64,000 bases of DNA from Prorocentrum cordatum. Taxonomy: Eukaryota. The stretch covers positions 1 to 64,000 of the forward strand of contig CAUYUJ010000007.1 in assembly GCA_963575745.1 (NCBI GenBank), in the 5' to 3' direction. Shown one piece after another: positions 57,440 through 64,000 of the stretch. The notes beneath the pieces were generated by a model. It ran no database searches. It saw only the letters and a program-made list of their open reading frames with translations, and was not told where the DNA came from. Position 1 is the stretch's first letter, and each line of letters starts with the position of its first letter. A program made the position numbers and the translations under genes.

Positions 57440-58383
57440 CCGCGTTGCGGGTGCCGGTTTCACTGGACCTCCCCATGGGGCCACGATCCTCGTTAAAGGT
57501 GTGACGAAGTAGGGCAGCGCCGCTGTGCGAACTTTGCCACTGGGGCCTGCAGTGGAACTCCCCATGAGAGGCCACGATCCTCGTGAAGGGTGTGCCGAAA
57601 TTGGTGCGGTACCGCCATGCGAACGCGGCCGCTGGGGCTTTCGGTTGAGCTCCCTATCCTGGTGCGGGGTGTGCCGAAGTGGGCGCGGTGCCGCCATGCG
57701 AACGCAGCCATTTGGACCTTCGGAGGACCCTCCAATGGGCCACGATCCCTTCAGGGGTGTGCCGAAATGGGTGCGGTGCCGCCATGCGAACTGATCAACT
57801 GGGGCCTCCGGTGGAACTCCCTATGGGACCACGGTCCTCGTAAGGGGTGCGCCGAAATCGGTGCTGTGCAGACGTGCGAACGCAGCCACTGAGGCCTTCG
57901 GTGGAGCTCCCTGTAGGGCCACGATCCTCGTGAGAGGCGCGCCGAAATAGGACGGCGCCGCCATGCGACGCAGCCACTTGGGCCTTCGGTGGACCCCATT
58001 TATGGGGTCACAAAACGCGCGAGCGGTGTGCCGACATGAGCGCGGTGCCGCCATGCGAATGCAATCACTATGGCCTTCGGTGGAGCTCCCTTTGGGGCCA
58101 CGAAGCGTGTGAGTGGTGTGCCGAAATTGACGTGCGGAAGGCAGAGGCAGGGGTGTAAGGAAGGAGGGGAGAGGAGAGGAGAGGAGAGGAGAGGAGAGGA
58201 GAGGAGAGGAGAGGAGAGGAGAGGAGAGGAGAGGAGAGGAGAGGAGAGGAGAGGAGAGGAGAGGAGAGGAAGAGGAGAGGAGAGGAGGAGAGGAGAGGAG
58301 AGGAGAGGAGAGGAGAGGAGAGGTGGTGACGCGGGGCACTGTCTTTTCACAGTGAGGACCCACCACCTCAGGACGGTTGGGAA
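57440..58383 (-). mobile_element. Diverged member of the DINE-like tandem-array family with a (GAGAG)n tract
   Basis: gccttcggtggagctccc units and terminus gaggacccaccacctcaggacggttgggaa. Confidence 0.7.
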
Positions 58384-59130
58384 AAGGTGGAAGGTCTCAT
58401 GCCGACAGGTTGCCTCCTACGCAAGCCCCAGAAGCGGGGGAGAAGGAGGAGGAGGGAGGAGGGAAGAGGAGAAGGAGAAGGGAGGAAGACGAGGGGGGAC
58501 GAAGAAGGAGGAAGAGGGAGGACAAAAGAGGACGGAGGAGGCCGGCGCCCCCCAGGTGTGGCGGCGCAAGCCCGCCTGGTGCACGAGCTGCTGATGCTCG
58601 GGGAGGTGTGCCGGGCCGCCGCGGCCGCTGGGGGCCCTGGGAAACTGGCCACCGGGGCTGGCGCGGCCAGAACTTCGACGCGGATCCAGCGGTCGCGACG
58701 GAGGCCCAACGAGGGGAAACCGATGGAAGGGCAGTGGCATCGGTATTTTGTCCTCCTCCGAAATCCGACTCCACGTGTCGATGACCCCCAGAACGTGCGT
58801 GAACGCAAACGTGCGTTTGTCTACCGACGCAGGCGGCGAACCTCATGAGGGCCGACGCGGGCTGCGTGCTGTCGATGGGGCTGAACGGGGCAAACACTTT
58901 TTGAGCCCACGGGTGCACGGGTGTGCGAGACGGCCACGCGCCGGTCGAAGCGAGCGGTGGGATGCACCGGAAGCGGAGAGAGAGAGAGAGAGAGAGAGAC
59001 ACGAAGCGAAAGCGCAAGAAGGTGAGGTGCAAAGGACGGGGCCCGACCAAGCCGTGCAGGCCAGCGCGGGAGAGCCGAGTAGGCAACTGCGTCCCCGCAA
59101 CGGGGCCACAGCCAATGAAGAACTCGGCAA

Positions 59131-59286
59131 CTAGGAGACCACATGCGAACCCTTCCCCTGCCCCCCACGATTTCTGAGGGGGAGGGTGGGGTTCATTTCG
59201 TTCGGGAGCTATCGAGCGAAGTGAACCCCACCCTCCCCCTCAGAAATCGTGGGGGGTAGGGGTAGGATTCGCATGTGGCCCCCTAG
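59131..59286. mobile_element. 156-bp foldback element with CTAG at both ends
   Basis: ~70-bp arms: ccccacgatttctgagggggagggtggggttca / tgaaccccaccctccccctcagaaatcgtgggg. Confidence 0.8.
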
Positions 59287-59579
59287 CAACACACACACAC
59301 ACACACACACACACTTTGGGCTAACACCTGGGACGCCTGGCAGCTTGGAGATCACAACTCGGCTCTCCGGCGTGCGTTCGGGACGATCCGAGCACCACCC
59401 GAAGGTCCTCGGCAAGGCGCAGCCGCTGGAACGCACCCCGAGGCTGAAACCCGCCGGGAACCGACGACGACGCCCGAGAACCTCGAATCTCAAACCCGGG
59501 CTCGCCGCCAAGGGTCGCTTCTTGACGACCCCGGGGCCCACGGAGGACCCCAGGAGCCCGAATGCGACGGAAGTCTCAC

Positions 59580-59825
59580 TGCGCCGACCTTGCAGAAGTT
59601 CTGCAGCGGATGTTTGGCGTGGATTTCTGTCAATGCACAACCCCGAAACGGCCAGCGGAAAACGAAGCGAATTTCGCGCGGCTATTGTTTAGTCTTCATT
59701 CCTGGCCGCCAAAATCCGCACGAAAGTCACCTCGAAATCCGGAACGACATTCTCCAGGACACTCTGGGCCCATCTGATTGTTGTCTGGACGAAATCCGCT
59801 CTGCGATGTTGGCGCCATGAGAAAT
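59580..59825 (+). repeat. Dispersed repeat; second copy at 63186-63427
   Basis: ctgc(g/a)ccgacctt...ccaggacactc(t/c)gggcccatc...gaaatcc(g/a)ctctgcgatgttg in both copies. Confidence 0.85.
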
Positions 59826-60225
59826 CACGAGGATCATCGAACCTGGGATTGAACAGGGACCGACCGTCCCGGTATTCCTATAGGCCTACCACGAAGTTTC
59901 TTAGAACCCAGAAATGTTCGAAAAACAAAGACAGTGTTCTTAGAGCATGACCCCGACGAATTCAAGCAAGACAGCTCCGGCCAGAGAAGTTCTAAGAACA
60001 TGTCTTGCAGACCCCGAAAAGATTATTCGAACATTCTCTGGTAGACTTCTTTAGAGAGCAGACAATTCACCCCATAACAAGCACCCCGACAAACGAAGCC
60101 GTTTGGTAAACGCATCCAAGGAAGGAGCCGAACAGGGCAGGGCCGCTTAGTAAACGCCCAGGGCCGTTTAGTAAACGCCAATTGCCGGGGTCGGGGTGGT
60201 CTTCTCCCCCCTGCTTCTAGGGCAG

Positions 60226-60467
60226 CCAAGACGCTTCTTTGGACGCCTGAAATGGGTACGGAAAAAATGGGTACAATGCCCAACTGTAAATATTGTCTCA
60301 AACCAACAGCGGCCGCTGTTGGGCAGGCGGCCTTCTGTCTCGAATGGACACAGGCCGCGGCGGCGTGGACAGCGAGTCCAGTTCAAAATGAACAGGAACT
60401 GCTGTTGGGCATTGTACCCATTCTTCCCGTGCCCATCTCGTTCGTGCAGAGCTTCGCCACTGCTTGG
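60226..60467. mobile_element. MITE-like element
   Basis: Perfect 19-bp inverted repeat aatgggtacaatgcccaac (60266-60284) / gttgggcattgtacccatt (60404-60422), with degenerate outer extensions. Confidence 0.65.
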
Positions 60468-61489
60468 TGGGGAGGCCCCCGAGGCACGGGCCTCGGGCGC
60501 TGGCCCCCGCGCCGGCGCGCCGCGGCCCGCCTGCCCCAGCGGCGCAGTGCCAGCGGCTGGCCCGTGGGCCCGGGCGGCCCGCGCGTGCGGGGGAGGGGCA
60601 CGGGGTCGGGGGGCGCCGAAGGGGGCCCACTGCGGCATGTCTGACCAATCCCCTATGTGTTGACTATTTTTGGATATTGCTCCCGTAGAGGGATAGGCCC
60701 GACTTAACCCTAATCCCCATTCACACCTCGAGCCCCACCGTCTCGCCACCTCGGTTGCGGAGATCTGCCCCCCGAAGCCCGAGGATAGCAGCCCATGTCC
60801 CCATCCAGGGGGGGCAGATCGGCCAGTGGGGCCCGGCCCACGCTGACGGAGATGGGGATCGGTTACACGATGCTCACAGCAGCAGCTGCAGCAGCAGCAC
60901 GCGTTTGTCGCGAATCGTAAAAGAGCAATCCATGTCCTACTGTGCGACTGGATTTGCAGGGCTGGCGGATGCGCGAGAGGTTTGCTCTGACGGTGGCGCC
61001 TCGTGGAGGAGACCCTCCCTCCCTGCCCAGACCTCCTGGAGGTAATGGGGGATCGAGATATCTGGGCGCTTCCTGTAGGGGGGGAGTGGGATCGACTCGA
61101 GGTCAAAGTCGGAGTCGAGGAGAAGTCGGAGTCGGCGCCGGCGGCGAGCTCGCGCGGGCGGGAGCGGGGAGCGCGAGGGCGTTGGGCCTACCCGGGGCCC
61201 CGAAGCTGGCCGGGAAGCGGCGCTGCAGCCACCCCCCCGCCCTTCGACGGACGAAACCAAGAGGAGGGCAAAGTCGGGTGAGGAGGAGGAGAAAGATGAT
61301 GGTGAGGAGGGGGAGGAGGGGGAGGAGGAGGCGGAGAAGGAGGAGAACGGGGAGGAGGAGTAGGCGGAGGAGGGGGAGGAGGAGGGGAGGAGGCGGAGGA
61401 GGGGGAGGAGGAGGAGGAAGAGGAGGAGAGGGAGGAGGAGGGGGAGGAGGGGGAGAAGGAGGAGGAGGAGGAGGAAGAGGAGCAGGAGT

Positions 61490-63003
61490 AGCAGAACAGC
61501 ACACCATGGTGCGGGGGCGGGCGGCCGAGCGGTCCTCAGCCGACCACGGAGATGGACAGGCACTGCACGATGCACTCGGCGAGGACGGAGAGGGCCCCTC
61601 CCTCGTGCAGGCCCGTGGCGGCGCATCATCCACGGCATGCCGTGGGTAGCCGCATCGCGAGGGGATGCGTGAGAGCCCGATGCACCTCCTCCACGAGGGT
61701 GCACTCCCTACGCAGCCTCGCATGGTGAGCAGCCTGGCACCTCGCGCCGCCGATGCGGGGGAAGCCGTGGAAGTCGACGTCCTGCCACGGCGCGAAGGGG
61801 GCTGCTTTGGTGCGGAGCGGCGTGCGCCTAGGGGCGGAGTGCGGAGTCTCCGCCTGGTGCTGGCCAGCGTCAGGGAGGCTCATGGTCTCCACCGCCGAGC
61901 CAGCCGCCGTCGCCACATCCGCGGAGCTCAGGTCGTTGTCGGAGGCGTCTGGGCGGGGGTGTGCAGTGTCTCGGCGAGCAGCTCCGCGGTGTTGCGCCTC
62001 CGACGGCGCTTGCACGTGTAGTGAGTCTGCCTGGGCAGCCGCCGTGCTATCGTCCTCCTCCGTGGTGGGCCCCACTCCAACGTCGCCAGGAGCAGGCGAG
62101 TCCTCGTCCTGCAGGGTCATCTTGACGACCTCCAGTAGCATTTCGTCCGCGTTGGCGACCAGGGGCTCGAGGTGCTGCCAGAATCGGAAATGGCAGCCAC
62201 GAAGGACGAGACGGCGTCGGGGGTCTCCATGGTGGTAACCTGATTGGGCTGCTGCTGCCAGGCGTTGGGCGGCACGTGGTGCGGTGCCGCCGCCTGGACC
62301 TCGGGGTCGTCCGCCACCAGGGGGCCGACGGGGTCGCAGCGGCCAATGCCCTCCTCTGTGGTGTCCTCCACCTCCTCCTTCGTCGCGCAAGGGTAGCCTG
62401 CAGCGGCCGCCTCCGACGCGGCAGGGGGGAGGGGAGGGGCGGGCGCACTCGGGGCCTCCACGTCCAGCGACTCGCCGAGGGTCGGCGTGTGGGTGTCCGC
62501 GGTCGGCGCCGATCCGCCCCGTCCGATCCTGGGCCCAGCAGCGGCCCAGTCCAGTGCAGCAGAGGATGCGCGAGCGAAGCCGCCCGGCGGCACGCGCTGG
62601 GCGTGCCAGGCGGCGCTCCTGCGGAGGCAGCGACTGCCTGGCACAGGGCGTCCCTGCGCTAGCAGCTGGAGCGCCGGCCTGGCCGCCCGCTCGCGGTCTT
62701 GCCAGGAGCCTGGCTCGCAGGGAGCCAGCGAGGCCCACAACGCCGGCTCGCACGCCGCCTGAGCTCTCTCTCTCGCCATTCGCCTTGCCGCCGATGGCCC
62801 CCACAGGTGGGCCTGCGCAGCGCAGAGCGAAGGCGGCCGCCACTCCGCAGGGCGACCTCCCGCAGCCATTGCATGCACCGTGATCCCAAAGCCCCGCTCC
62901 CCCAAAGCCCCAACGCCCGCCGCGTTGCCCCGACTGTTAGGCCTGGGGACAAGGTCCAGGAGCGGGGAACCTACGGAAAGGCATGAGCCAAAATGGCTAC
63001 GGA
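61490..63003 (-). pseudogene. SL-capped retrocopy of an unknown transcript, frameshifted, no poly(A)
   Basis: TCCGTAGCCATTTTGGCTCATG at 63003-62982 (21/22). ORF from ATG 62869 (MAAGGRPAEW...) probably continues in the 61626-62843 frame (LEPLVANADEMLL...). Embedded in (GGA)n. Confidence 0.75.
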
Positions 63004-64000
63004 AGGAGGAGGAGGAGGGGGAGGAAGAGAAGGAGGGGGAGGAGGGGGAGAGGAAGGAGGGGGGGAGGAGGAGGAGGAGGAGGAGGAGGGGGAGGAGGAT
63101 GAGGGGAGGAAGGAGGGAGGAGGAGGGAGGAGGAGGAGGAGGAGGAGGAGGAGGAGGAGGACGAGAAGGCAAAGTCGGGTAAGGACTGCACCGACCTTGC
63201 AGACGGGCTGCAGCGGATTTTCGCGCGGATTTCTGCCAACGCAAGACCCCGAAACGGCGAGCGAAAAACAGAGTGAGTTTTACGTGGATGTTTGTTCAGC
63301 CTTGATTCCTGGCCAAAAACTCCGCACGACATCCACTTCGCAATCCGGAACGAAATTATCCAGGACACTCCGGGCCCATCCGATTGTTCTCCGGACGAAA
63401 TCCACTCTGCGATGTTGTCGCCATGATAAGTCGAGATTGAATACCTGTGTCCCGAGGCATGTGTGCGACGAAAAGGAGCGGGTCTCACGCGAGATGGTAG
63501 AGCGACCGCACGCGTCGGCTGACGCGGGCCGCCAGCGTGGCACGCCTGCATCGAAACCGGGGCGCTTACGAGCCGCATTACGCGGGCAGCTAGCACGCAA
63601 ATGTCGGCGCAATGGACCCCGATTTCCTCGGTCATTCGTCTGTGCGCGGACGAGGGTGGAGCCTGGGAACGGAATGAAAGAAGAAGAGGGAGAAGGCGAT
63701 GCAGTCTGTGAGGTTTCATGACCCTGGCCACGATATCCAAACACACCGTCCTCAGGACGAGGAGGAGGAGGAGGATCCGGCTCGTGGACCCCCCCGAACG
63801 GAGTCGGGGAACGCCAGCTGCCCCGACCTCCCCGCGTCGTTCGCAAAATCACTACGTTTAGGTCGAGCATGTCCACCTACAGACGGATTTCGGACGAAAA
63901 ATAAAATCGTCCCCAGACTATGATTTGACTATTTTCTGATTGCCCCCAGGAGAGGGACAGGCCCGACTCAACACTACGGTTGCTTGTTCTACGTTTTCGT

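Noticed and set aside
58556..58605. Possible plus-strand micro-exon (VAAQARLVHELLMLGE)
   Set aside because: Plausible splice sites but isolated; no partner exons could be supported.

Overview
Repeat-dense, GC-rich eukaryotic genomic DNA with two 100-N gaps. It is almost certainly from a dinoflagellate: near-perfect copies of the dinoflagellate spliced leader (DinoSL, DCCGTAGCCATTTTGGCTCAAG) lie at 14356-14376, 34717-34738 and 62982-63003. Most ORFs in the supplied track are artefacts of repeats. Main contents: (1) A tyrosine-recombinase (YR) retrotransposon with Ngaro-like split direct repeats (A1...B1-A2-B2). Its gag-like, RT/RNase H and ORF3 parts are on the minus strand (7979 to ~2195), and its YR C-terminus and 3' repeats are on the plus strand (1-1232), apparently one element split by an inversion or a misjoin. 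Its three ORFs share one reading frame separated by single stops, and degenerate DinoSL-like motifs precede ORF1 and ORF3. (2) A head-to-tail array of Helentron-like non-autonomous units (7980-19630) that hosts this element, an SL-capped intronless RING-CH retrogene with a target-site duplication, and a DINE-like element with a 77-bp internal array. (3) A frameshifted APE-RT LINE carrying one full and two relic SLs. (4) A decayed retrotransposon-type C5 DNA methyltransferase. (5) A second SL-capped retrocopy in a (GGA)n tract. (6) Several MITE families, a 152-bp satellite, many mini/microsatellites, and tentative micro-exons of a minus-strand host gene. No rRNA, tRNA or CRISPR array is supported. 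All calls come from motif reading by eye; no searches were run.
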